A stretch of 63,115 nucleotides of DNA, the filler included, from Porpidia crustulata (taxonomy: Eukaryota): the NCBI GenBank assembly GCA_964255105.1. It is 17 parts of 17 records of this genome, joined end to end, with 100 filler letters (N's around TTAATTAATTAA, not from the genome) between each part and the next. Parts side by side here need not be neighbours in the genome. Positions count along the whole stretch, not along the records: positions 33,601 to 37,217 come from CAXUWE010002276.1; positions 37,318 to 40,933 come from CAXUWE010002277.1; positions 41,034 to 44,648 come from CAXUWE010002278.1; 14 more parts are not named here. One strand, given 5' to 3'. The translations under genes were made by a program, and so were the position numbers. A model generated the notes under the pieces. That model saw only the letters and a program-made list of their open reading frames with translations. It made no database searches and was not told the DNA's origin. This document shows, one piece after another, positions 34,158-44,748 of the stretch (position 1 is the first letter of the stretch; each line of letters starts with the position of its first letter).

Positions 34158-35777
34158 ATGCGTCTTATACACACCTCCACCCGGAGACTCCATGAATTCC
34201 CTGCAAACAAGATCCCGCCGTACGCGATACTTTCGCATACGTGGGACGATACGGAACCGTCATTCCAGGACGTAAGAACATTAGGCACTGCTCATGGGTC
34301 AAAGATCGATAAATGCTGTGCTCGGGCAGCCTCAGACGGCTGGGAGTATTTCTGGATAGATACCTGCTGCATCAACAAGGAAAGCAGCGCCGAGCTTTCA
34401 GAGGCCATAAATTCAATGCTCAATTGGTACAAGAAGTCTGCGATTTGCTACATATACTTAAGCGACATTTGTAAAGATGCAGAGTCTGATATATCAGCAG
34501 CACGATGGTTTGGAAGAGGCTGGACTCTCCAGGAACTTCTAGCTCCACCATTTATCATATTCTCTGACAAAGAATGGAGTGAGTTGGGCACCAAATGGGG
34601 CCTTCGAGAAAAAATCACCTGTGCTACGCGGATTTTAGAAAAACACCTATGGGATCCAACTTCTGCTAGCGTAGCTGCGAAAATGTCATGGGCCTCGAAG
34701 AGAAGGACGTCGTTGCCTGAAGACCGGGCCTACTCTTTAATGGGATTATTTGGCGTGAATATGCCGCTGCTGTATGGTGAGGGCGAAAATGCATTCATGC
34801 GGCTTCAGGAACAAGTTATCAAAGAAACAGCCGATGATTCAATATTTGCATGGAGAGATGGACGCTTCCCACTCGGCGGTATCCTTGCAAAATCTCCTGA
34901 CGCATTTGAGAAGTCCGAGGATGTTGTTGCGATTTTACCGAAGTTCTTTGCAAGGCGACCGTACTACATGACAAATTTAGGGTTTGCCATTGAGGCTGCC
35001 TGTGACACTAAGCCCCTTCGCGAATACATGGACGACCATTGGCCGGACGAAGCTCGTCAAATAGAGTGCGCGATCTTCCCACTTAATTGCACACGTCTCT
35101 CAGAACGCGATAAATGTTTCGCAATTGATTTGGCAAAGATAGGAGATTTTTTCTTCAGGCATTTACCTGAGAATCTCCATACGGAGGAGAAGAGCCCGCT
35201 TGAAGGCTTCAAGACTATCTACGTTTCAAAAGCTTCTGGAATGGAGAAATGGGGTCTTCCTGATCAAAGCAAAAACCATCGTCTTGCTGTTCGGTTCTGT
35301 ACCTTCTTTAGTGCACGATTCCTGGCATCAATGCTGTCGGTCCCGCCGACTGTTGGTCGTTTTAAACTCCTTGGTGGACAGAAATTTCGGTGGATAAGTC
35401 CAAGCACAATAATGATCGACAAGGCTCGTGTGGTTTTTATGATTTTCAAGGATAAGAGGCATAGCGGTGAGGGTTTTGGTGTCCTCGTATGGCCTGGAAA
35501 TGAAATCCCATATCTGGATGTTTTCGCTATCAAGGACATTAGAAACTCAACAGAAGCACTTCAGCAGCGCTTTGCTCAGGTCAATAGCTGCTTCCGCGGA
35601 GGCGCCAGAGTACCAATGCCCGACCACTTCCTAGAGAGCCTACCGTCAGGCACCAAAGTGTCAGTAGCACTGACGAGGGCAAACATTGAGCATGAAATCC
35701 ATAATCTCTTGGTGCTTGATCTCGAATATTATAAGAATGCACGCTTCTCTACCATAGACCGCTCGGGCTGTATCTAG
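34158..35777 (+). CDS. HET-domain (heterokaryon incompatibility) protein
   Basis: MRLI...PPYAILSHTW, YFWIDTCCINKESSAELSEAINSM, RWFGRGWTLQELLAP and KMSWASKRRTSLPEDRAYSLMGLFGVNMPLLYGEG; intronless. Confidence 0.93.
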   Translation: MRLIHTSTRRLHEFPANKIPPYAILSHTWDDTEPSFQDVRTLGTAHGSKIDKCCARAASDGWEYFWIDTCCINKESSAELSEAINSMLNWYKKSAICYIYLSDICKDAESDISAARWFGRGWTLQELLAPPFIIFSDKEWSELGTKWGLREKITCATRILEKHLWDPTSASVAAKMSWASKRRTSLPEDRAYSLMGLFGVNMPLLYGEGENAFMRLQEQVIKETADDSIFAWRDGRFPLGGILAKSPDAFEKSEDVVAILPKFFARRPYYMTNLGFAIEAACDTKPLREYMDDHWPDEARQIECAIFPLNCTRLSERDKCFAIDLAKIGDFFFRHLPENLHTEEKSPLEGFKTIYVSKASGMEKWGLPDQSKNHRLAVRFCTFFSARFLASMLSVPPTVGRFKLLGGQKFRWISPSTIMIDKARVVFMIFKDKRHSGEGFGVLVWPGNEIPYLDVFAIKDIRNSTEALQQRFAQVNSCFRGGARVPMPDHFLESLPSGTKVSVALTRANIEHEIHNLLVLDLEYYKNARFSTIDRSGCI

Positions 35778-36311
35778 AATATCTCAAAGCCGACTTATCG
35801 AAATGAGAGCATCAGTAACACTTTCAGCTTTCTCTTTGGCAGTATTCCGCTTCAACGAACGTCTGACTAGAGTTCTCTCAGTCTTTTGTATCGGAGCCTT
35901 GAAGTTGATAGTAAGACTCCGCATTTCCTACGGTTATTTCATGTGGCCATCATACTTTCATCGCCACGAAATCCAAAGGTTCACTGGATTCACATGACAA
36001 GTGGTGCGTTATGCTTCTCGCATCGCACGATGAAACGATGTATTATATTTGTGTTACTCTGCTTTTGAACACGAAGATTGTTACCGCACGAACGTCCGCC
36101 TCCAGTTGTACGGTCAGTGACTCCCACCATTCTCAATGCTAAAGAAAAGCAGCAGCAGCACTGCAGCCTCGTTGATAAGAGTGGATAAAAACATTTCCTT
36201 GGCATCATTTTCAACTTCTATTCATCAAAGTCTCTATCTTCTTCCTCCAATTAGACTACTCGTACATCTGGGACAGAAAGGCTACACGCAAGAAGTGGCG
36301 GAAACGGTATC

Positions 36312-36396
36312 CTCGTTCCCACCCCTCAACGGTCGGTCACACCTAGGGTTAAGGCTATATCGCGATTGGGGCGGACCGTTGAGGGGTGGGAACGAG
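36312..36396. mobile_element. MITE copy 3 (85 bp; perfect 23-bp TIRs; core inverted relative to copies 1 and 2)
   Basis: CTCGTTCCCACCCCTCAACGGTC (36312-36334) and GACCGTTGAGGGGTGGGAACGAG (36374-36396) are exact reverse complements. TA follows the right end. Internal CTAGGGTTAAGG. Confidence 0.82.
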
Positions 36397-36742
36397 TAGC
36401 AAAAATTTAAAGGGACATTTAGCTATCTATCCTAAGCACAAGCAAGTAAAACCAGCCCCCCATCCGGTGAGTGGCGCCTCTACAGCCTACACATGTACGC
36501 GCTCCAAGTAAAGTAATAAAATCGTAAAAGATAGAAGAGAGCTGAGCGGCAACGCTGTGCGACAGTTCTCTCTTTAGTCTCCCTAATTTCCCCCATTCCT
36601 CCTATTCCCCCTATTCCCCCTTGCTCGCTCACGCCCCAGTCTTTGGTCTGCAGTGCTGGCCTCTCCCTTGGGAAAAAAAAAAAGCGGGGAGTAAAGTGGG
36701 TAGGATTTACTACTTGCAGCGGGCTGGCAGAATATGTTTATG

Positions 36743-36796
36743 TATATCTCTATATATATATATCGATCGACTGATTGATTGATTGATTGATTGATT
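36743..36796. repeat. Compound microsatellite (TA)n followed by (GATT)n
   Basis: tatatctctatatatatatatcgatcgactgattgattgattgattgattgatt, read directly. Confidence 0.8.
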
Positions 36797-37603
36797 CATT
36801 TCAACTCCCCCACCCACCTAATCCCCAGCTAACACAACCATTCATTCATTACATACCTATTCCCGAAAAGAAAAACCCTTTCTAAAAAATCTCCCCCTCC
36901 TATCCTACTTTCCCGCTAGGCTGGTGATCTTTTTGCTCCCCCGGCTGTACCACTTTTGTGCCTCTGCCGTCTCGACTTTCTTGCGAGGTCTATCTGTGCT
37001 GTGTATGCGTTGTCTTTGTTTTGCTCTAGCGGTATGTGTGTATGTATGTAAGCTAGATTTTTGAGGATTTTCCCAGTATGAGTGTATGAGTGAAGAAGAT
37101 TGGGTCCGTTAGATGAAGGATGGGGTATGGCGATACATAACAATCACTTTATCTCCTCTTCTTTCTTCTTCTCTGATACCGCATCAAAACCCTTCCCACA
37201 ACAACATCCTCAAAAACNNNNNNNNNNNNNNNNNNNNNNNNNNNNNNNNNNNNNNNNNNNNTTAATTAATTAANNNNNNNNNNNNNNNNNNNNNNNNNNN
37301 NNNNNNNNNNNNNNNNNCTAAACGTAACCATGTCCGATCGTGTCTATTGGAGAAATGATGCATTTATGGCAGGCAGGATGTCAACATGTATCGACGAGTG
37401 TCATTTTCAAGTCCATGGAGTCCATGGAGTTCGAGGCCTTTGATGAAGAAAGCTTGGCCCACCAATGTTGAACCCCCTCAGCCAGATGATTCCCACTCCA
37501 ATCGCTTGCCCACAGCGTTCAAGAATTTAATGTCCATCTATCACATTAGTAGCTAATCCTAGCGACATAAGCAACCTCTTCGCGTGGCATTCCATGGATG
37601 ATA

Positions 37604-40391
37604 TTAGTAGCCATATTTCATTCCGACGCGGAGCAGATAGCGGAGCTGGATCTGGGCGACGTCGTATGCGATGTATTCCTGGACATTGTTAAATTCTCGT
37701 CAACAGATCACGAGGCTGGTATATACGTTGTAGAGCAGTGAAGCGTCAAAGACTCTGCTAGCTGTAGGAGGCTGCCTTGTATCTGGCTAAAGGGGATTAT
37801 CAGAACCTGCTCTAAGGATAGATGTGAACAGATTTACCATCATGACACCTGCAAGGTTCGGATGTACACAAGATGCGTCTTTCCACGCCACTGGCGCAGT
37901 CATGCCCTGGCCCCAGGTGGACAAGCATCCTGCCGTCTTCGCCTTCTCCCCAGCGTCATAGTCTGAAGCTGTCAATACCAGCATCGGGCTACCTAGCTTG
38001 GCTTCACACAACAAGAGAAGTGCTGTACCGCCAGACTGTTCTGGGCAGCAGTAATTCGCTGATTTGGTCGAGATATCGGCCAAGTACACGCCCTTACCAA
38101 ACATGTAGCCATTGACTGGAGCCTCGGGTGGTGCGATTCGGAGACCTTGTGACAAGATGCCACCGAAATTAGTACACCTAGATCCGTGCCAGAGAAGTCG
38201 ATGATTGGCTTGTGCCTTCGCGTAAGGTGATTCACCACCACACTCAGGTTCGCCTGTTCGTTGGATGCGGAAGATGTCTTGAACCTATAAATCATAGATA
38301 TTGAGTTAGTAGCGCAGATTACGCTCACCAACACTTCACACTTACCTTGAATGTCAGCCCATGTGTTTGTCCTCGGGTCTTGAGCAGATACTCTTCAAGC
38401 ATTGTGAATTCTGTTGTTGTATTCTCAACTAGAAGAATGTCAGCTGCCAGCAGAGGAATGAGGTTACATCAGTGCGAATATGGCGGCGGTAGTGTGGCCC
38501 AGTCAAAGGACTTTATAACAGATTGGCTGCTTACCCGGTGTCATCTCCTGCAACCCAAGACCAGCGAATTGGCGGTCTAATGAGTGCATGATATCACCAG
38601 CGCCGTTTGCTTCTTTCATGATTTCGTTGGCAATTTCCATATCACTCAATGACTCGAGTAATGTAATTTCCTTCTTTAATCGCTCCTCGGTAGTGATCAT
38701 CGGTGGACGCCGGCGGCCAAAGGCATGAGGTATGATGGTGTAGAAAGAGTTGCTGATTTCCTCAACAGCCTGATTATAGGTCATATTGTGCTGCTCAAAG
38801 GCCAGTAACGGATTTGCAAAAAGCTCGGCCAGTTCCTTCAATCTCTCATACCCGGTCATCAATGTACGTTTACTTAATTTACCAAGAGGCAATTTATTGG
38901 CGTCATAATCCATTTCCTTCATCGTCGCAGCGAAGTAATTCTGGTTGAAGATGAGTCCCATAAGGTCCTGTACAGCTTGGGAGAGCTTGCTCTCTGGATT
39001 GGGGATGTTACTAGGATTCTGGGTCTGCGCTGAAGATTTCGACCCTATTTGGCCACCGCCGCCGGGGATTTTGTTGTCATCTTCGCTAGAGTCCTCCCCA
39101 TAATCGCGTTCAACAAATGTGTACTTATTCGGTTTTGGGAGCCCCAGTCTATTTGCCCAGGTATTGCCCGTTTTCTCCTTGAACTTCTTGTCAAAAAGCT
39201 TGACGGCTTCTGTCAGGTCGCCGTCCCCTGAAAGCAGACCTTGTCCATGTTCGCCAACACGTCCCCATCGAGTCCATATCCGGTAGTCTGCCCCAGCCAG
39301 CAATTGAATCCGATAGAATTTGTTGCTATTGTAACTAGAGTTTGTTTGATTCAACGATGCGTCAAATATAGTGGCAGCGTCGTCAATATACACCCGATGT
39401 GATCCTGCCTCGCGTCAGCCAGATGTATTAAAAAGGAATCAAGTGGTAGATCCACTTGAAAGGGTTCTCTTACCAGCGAGAGGACAGCCAGTGTCAACGC
39501 GAACTTCTACCGTACCAGAATGAGCTTTCTGGCTATCCTTGTGCTTCTTGGTTGGTGGCTGCAGAGCATCGACGGCTTCATCTGATGAATCAGCAGCCCG
39601 TTTCTTACTTGTTCCGTTTGGTTGTTTCGTGAGGGGCTTTGAAATGACTGATGTCATCAAGTAATTGTACTCGTCGTACTTTGTCTGAGCACTATCTGAG
39701 TCTCTCAGCCAAGCCAAGCTGACGACTTGGATACCCGAATATTCGCCGACTTGACGTACTGTGAAGCGACGGAGGCCATGCTATTAGCTTTTGGAGTAAG
39801 ATCGCAGAATTCATATCATTAATACATAAACAACTATAATTAAGGCATTTATAGAAGGTTCGATAGAGAATGATTGCTCATCTCTACTCATTTCCAGCCC
39901 CGAGACTCAAGATTATATCACCATCCAGCTGTTATGCATACGTTTGGGGAGGATCTCAGAACAGTAGCATTGGAAGGCAGAAGCATAGAGAAATTGGAGA
40001 GGAGGGAAGTGGTCCGCAGCGAAATTGTTCCTCCGGTACATGGATTGGGATTGGTATAGCACTGAGGTAGACAGAATCAATCATGACCCAACTTACCTTT
40101 TACGCTTTGGCACTCAATCTCGTTCCTTGTGGTTACAAGGTGGGTGGTCGCAGAATTGATCTTGGTGGTGTGCGTACCGCCATTGTCCTCGATCAATCGG
40201 ATGATTCTATCTATGTATCAATCCTGTTAGTACCTCTTGCAAGAGTAGTGTGATAGTAGCTTGCAAGTCAGAGCTCACAGCACACAATTCCACACACTGA
40301 AGGCTGGTGATAGCTTTGCGGTAGACTTACGATGTGGTATGGCAAACCTCCCATTAATTGCTATGGTACAGTCCTTGAACGGCTTCGCCAT
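37604..40391 (-). CDS. Poly(ADP-ribose) polymerase (BRCT-WGR-regulatory-catalytic; PrpA/PARP1-like), multi-exon
   Basis: BRCT exons (MAKPFKDCTIAING; NGGTHTTKINSATTHLVT; VVSLAWL). WGR (NKFYRIQL, TRWGRVG). Regulatory domain (YDANKLPLGKLS, FYTIIPH). Catalytic LLWHGSR, GYMFGKGVYLAD and LLYN|EYIAY, so the H-Y-E triad is intact. Stop TAA at 37606-37604. Confidence 0.93.
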
Positions 40392-41033
40392 CGTGTTGGA
40401 TGGCTAATGGCTGTTGCGGCGTGTACGGTGTGGGTTGAAGAGGAAGCCATTAAGAAAGAAGTCATAATCGATTTGTGGGTCGGAAAGTGCCCGAAAATTC
40501 ACTTTCACTTACCAGTGTGCCAGTGAACCATCGGCTTCTGACATGCAGCTACCCGTCCCTATGCACGTCAATTCTAGCGTCATCTACGAAATCTACGCGA
40601 GAGCACGTGATATGCCCTTGCCTTGGAACATGTCTACCTCCTGTCGAAGAGTCGAGTTGCTCGGATTCCGTCAACATATCCTAACTCATGATCTCTGCAT
40701 TCCTCGGGGGTGGAAAGAAATATAAGTAAGGATCCTCGTCCAATACCGAGAACATCACAACCCAGATTAGCCCACGCACTTACCACGGTCATCTTCCAGA
40801 GAAGAGTGGTAAGCTACCTTGCATACCCTAAAGTAAGGTCCCAAAATCACTTCGCTCTAAGTGAGTGCGCTGCATCATCATGACCCATCATAAATATGCG
40901 ATGATCCTCGTCCCCTACCCCATTCCCCAACACNNNNNNNNNNNNNNNNNNNNNNNNNNNNNNNNNNNNNNNNNNNNTTAATTAATTAANNNNNNNNNNN
41001 NNNNNNNNNNNNNNNNNNNNNNNNNNNNNNNNN

Positions 41034-41457
41034 GAGGTCACCGGATTTGATGGCTTTTTGGGCTTTGCGTTTTATGGCGGCGTCTTTCTTCGCTTTGGCG
41101 GCGGCGCGGCGTTGTTCGCGGGTCATTTCAGGCTTGTCGGGGTCGTCCTCGGAGGATTCTTAGGAAGAGGATTCTTCCTCCTCCGAAGATGATTTTTCCG
41201 CTTTGTCCCGGGGTTCCTGAATAGTGTCTTAGCCTTTTTCAAACTCGTATGACTATGATGTTAAAATTCTTAAACCCACACCCCACATGCCGACAGGGTT
41301 TCCATCTGCGTCCAAAGGTGTCAGGTTCTTGCTGAACTTCTTACCACCTGAGATTATTAGTAACAACTGTCTTTCCCAATCTCAGGAACTCTCTGGCCTT
41401 ACCTCCTCTCGTTGGCTTGCTGAACTTCCCTCCTCGTCCTCTGCCTCCAGGTGCCAT
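41034..41457 (-). CDS. PP28 / 28-kDa heat- and acid-stable phosphoprotein (PDAP1-like) homologue, 3' truncated, with in-frame TAA
   Basis: Missed by the ORF track. Exons give MAPGGRGRGGKFSKPTRG / GGKKFSKNLTPLDADGNPVGMWG / EPRDKAEKSSSEEEESSS*ESSEDDPDKPEMTREQRRAAAKAKKDAAIKRKAQKAIKSGDL, with GT-AG introns. Stop at 41162-41160. Confidence 0.75.
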
Positions 41458-41947
41458 ATTTGCTGTTTGTGACTAGATTGTAGAAAGTAAAATCCCCCAC
41501 GAGAATTCCTGCTGCGGCAGTGATGTAGCGCTTTAGAGATTTCCGAAGAACAAGCAAAATCTCCTCAAAGGCGTTTGGAATGTATCTTTGTCAAACGGTG
41601 TGACTCGCACGACACGGTGATTTGGATGGAGGGGTAGTTGTTAGCGTAGTGCGGTGGCTCGACAGGCACCCCACTGTTCAAACATCGATTGGTATGAAAA
41701 TCTAGTGTGAAACTTCGTCCGATGATTCACATCCTGTCATACTTATTTGCCCAGCATCAAACCCCTTGCCCCTTGAGACCCAATCAATAGGAGCTTCTCT
41801 TTACCTACAAATCTACGTGGTTCAGTGGTGAAAGCGTGTTCAATCAAGACACTTCGACGATGAGCCCGGAGTTCTCAAGCACTTTGCCAAAGTAATGGTG
41901 ATATAAATATAAATATAACATAGACGCCAACCCATTGAACCCTGACG

Positions 41948-43787
41948 CTATGTCATTTCATGCCCTTCAAGATCCGGCTTCATCGATGGAATCCTGGTGT
42001 GCCATTCGTGATCTATCAACTCGGATTTCTGTACCCACTGTCCAGGGTCATCTTCGTCCTGCACAATAAAGGGGAACCGTGTCACGACCAGTTGTTTGCG
42101 CTTTTGCAACATTACTAAGTTTAACCCCAAATACCAAGCCAATCCCCAAGCCAATGTCAACAGCCCGATTGCAGGCAAAATAAACCATTGGATGTGGCCA
42201 ATGGCGTAGGAGTAGGGCGTGCCTTCCGAGGGTTTGGCAAAAGAGGCGAAGAGGAGGAAGCCGCAGACTATGAAGTAGGTGACAGCGTGAAGTGGGTCGA
42301 TCCAGGCTTTGAAGTTGGATTGTGCGGACCACGATCTGGTTTTGTCTAGCTTGAGGTAGAGAAGGCCACCTGAGACGACGAAGCCGTTGAGAACGATGAT
42401 GACGTAGCTGTAAAGGGAGACCAGGACCGCATATGACGTTGCAGAATCGAGCATGGACGTGACGGCAATTAAGAAAATCGACGACACCCAGTGCAAACCT
42501 AATGCGGCCATAGGACTTTGCTCCAAATGATTGTCCATACTTTGGCCATGTGCCATGTTCGAAGTCCGACCAGTGAGCCATCTTGCTTTGAACCATGCCC
42601 ATGGAGTTGTGTGTCCAGTCGCGAAGAGGAGAGAAAATGGGAGAATGCCTTCTTTGGCAATCTCTTGTTTTACCCTCGATGCGGTAAAAGTCATGACCAC
42701 GATATTTCCGAAGATGGAGAAGGCGATGAAAGCAGCCATGGCTCGCTTGGCCTTTTTATCGCCGAACATCTGTCCGAAGAACAAAGTCGCCATATCATCT
42801 TGCGTGTTGCCAAGCTGCATGTCTTTCGGTACCGCACATAGATAAGCAATGTTGACCAGCACGAAAAGCGTAATCGCAATGGCCATCGCAATCAAGGTGT
42901 ATTTCGGGAACACCTTCCGCGGTCGAGACACCTCGCTGAGCACATAAAAGGGTTGCTCGAATCCGGAATACGCGTAGACCACATAGAGGAATGACAAAGA
43001 AAAGTCGCCAACCCCTCGTCGAGGGCCATGGAACGACTTCTGCAACTGAAAGTTATCCGTCGATTTGGCTGCACCACCAAGCTTATGGCCGCTAGCCTTG
43101 ATAAGGCCCATGATAATGATGGTCACTAGAAGTAGAACCTTGACAATCGTAAAGAGGTTGTTGATTAAAATACCACCTCTCCTTGAACAGACGTGCAAGA
43201 GGATGGCGACGCTCAGCGCTGCTATGGCGAGACCAATGATATCCCCTCGGGAAGCGTCTGGGCGATCCGCTGCGATCATTACATACTTTCCGAAGGAGAT
43301 GGCGTTTCCTGATAAATTACCCAGCAGGATGAAGACAATGCCGTACATACAAGTCACCAGAAATTTGGGCCTAGGAAACATAAATTCCAGCTTTGACTCA
43401 TCAGCATATCTAGTTCCAACCAGGATGATCTGATCTTACATAGTTCTTCTCGCCTCCGCTGCGCGGTACATTCTTCAGCTCACCAGTGCCAGGGATAAAA
43501 CGCAGAGGGATCGAGAGCCCAAGTTCGAGCCACACGAGGAGCCCACACGTAGAGACTAGACCGCCGATGGCCCATAGCAGGAGAGAAGCTCCTACACTTC
43601 CGGTACCTTGAAGGATCTTGGCCGGAGTGACAAAAATGCCAGAGCCAATGGTACGATTTAGGACGAGACAGACGACGGTGAAGCGTCCTAGTCGCTGAGG
43701 GGCAGTAGGCGCAACGTCAATCCGCTGAGAGTTCTCATCCAAATCTTCTAGGGCACGATCATAATCAGCTTGATCGAAAGACGCCAT
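41948..43787 (-). CDS. APC/LAT family amino-acid permease (high-affinity methionine permease Mup1-like)
   Basis: LNRTIGSGIFVTP, PRSGGEKNY, an intron about 43390-43439, YAYSGFEQPFYVLSEV and SRVKQEIAKEGILPFS; multiple TM helices. Confidence 0.88.
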
Positions 43788-44617
43788 TGCATATGTTGAC
43801 AAGTTAACGAAGGTACATGCGAAGGTTAAAAGCGACGGGTAGGCATGGGACGAAGCCTTTGTATTGTTATGTCACCCGATCTTGGGCAATGGTGCGAGGA
43901 GCCCGAGCGAGGGCAGTGTGTCAAAGCCTTTTCGTAGGAGGGCCGACATGAGCAGATGCATTGATAGCTTGGCGCGGCATTCCACGAGGCTGAAGACAAG
44001 AGGATTCATAGTGGTCCTAGACAATTAATACGACGCAGGTAAGCATGTTGCCGAGATCTGGACTGGGCGGCTTGCTGCCTAGGCACCTAGGCCACAATGA
44101 TTGCAGCGAGGCTACCAATTGAAGCCCATGCCGTAAGTCTGTTCGATTGCATATGGGGAATGAGTAATAATTGGTGGTATGACTGAATAGCTGAGTGGCT
44201 GAAAGGCCGGAGTCGGAAGAGGAATTTGGCGTCGTGGGCGTGTTACAGTGGGAGAATGGCGAGGTATGATTCCGCTGCCAAGACTTCCCAAGGCATCGAC
44301 ATGGGCCAGTCGCCGACAACAATAAGCGATGACGACGTACCCGAATGCGAATCGGGCAGGCGGCCGTGGCTGTACTCTGGCACTAACGCTCGTTCTGATC
44401 ATCTGTGGCTGGATCATGGAGGGGTAAATGATATGAATCAATAGAATATGCATGAGGCTTGTGAGGCTGTGCTTGATCAGAGTACGTGTAGGCGTGATTC
44501 ATTGAATTACAGAATGCTAACTCCCACAGCTCATGTGACAAATGATAGGGTATCTAAGGTACCTACGCACCCACTCACCGTATCTCCGGTATGACTGATG
44601 TCCCCCAGAGGAATCAG

Positions 44618-44643
44618 CCCACTCCCACTCCCACTCCCACTCC
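44618..44643. repeat. (CCCACT)4 hexamer microsatellite at contig end
   Basis: cccactcccactcccactcccactcc, read directly. Confidence 0.7.
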
Positions 44644-44748
44644 TATACNNNNNNNNNNNNNNNNNNNNNNNNNNNNNNNNNNNNNNNNNNNNTTAATTAA
44701 TTAANNNNNNNNNNNNNNNNNNNNNNNNNNNNNNNNNNNNNNNNNNNN

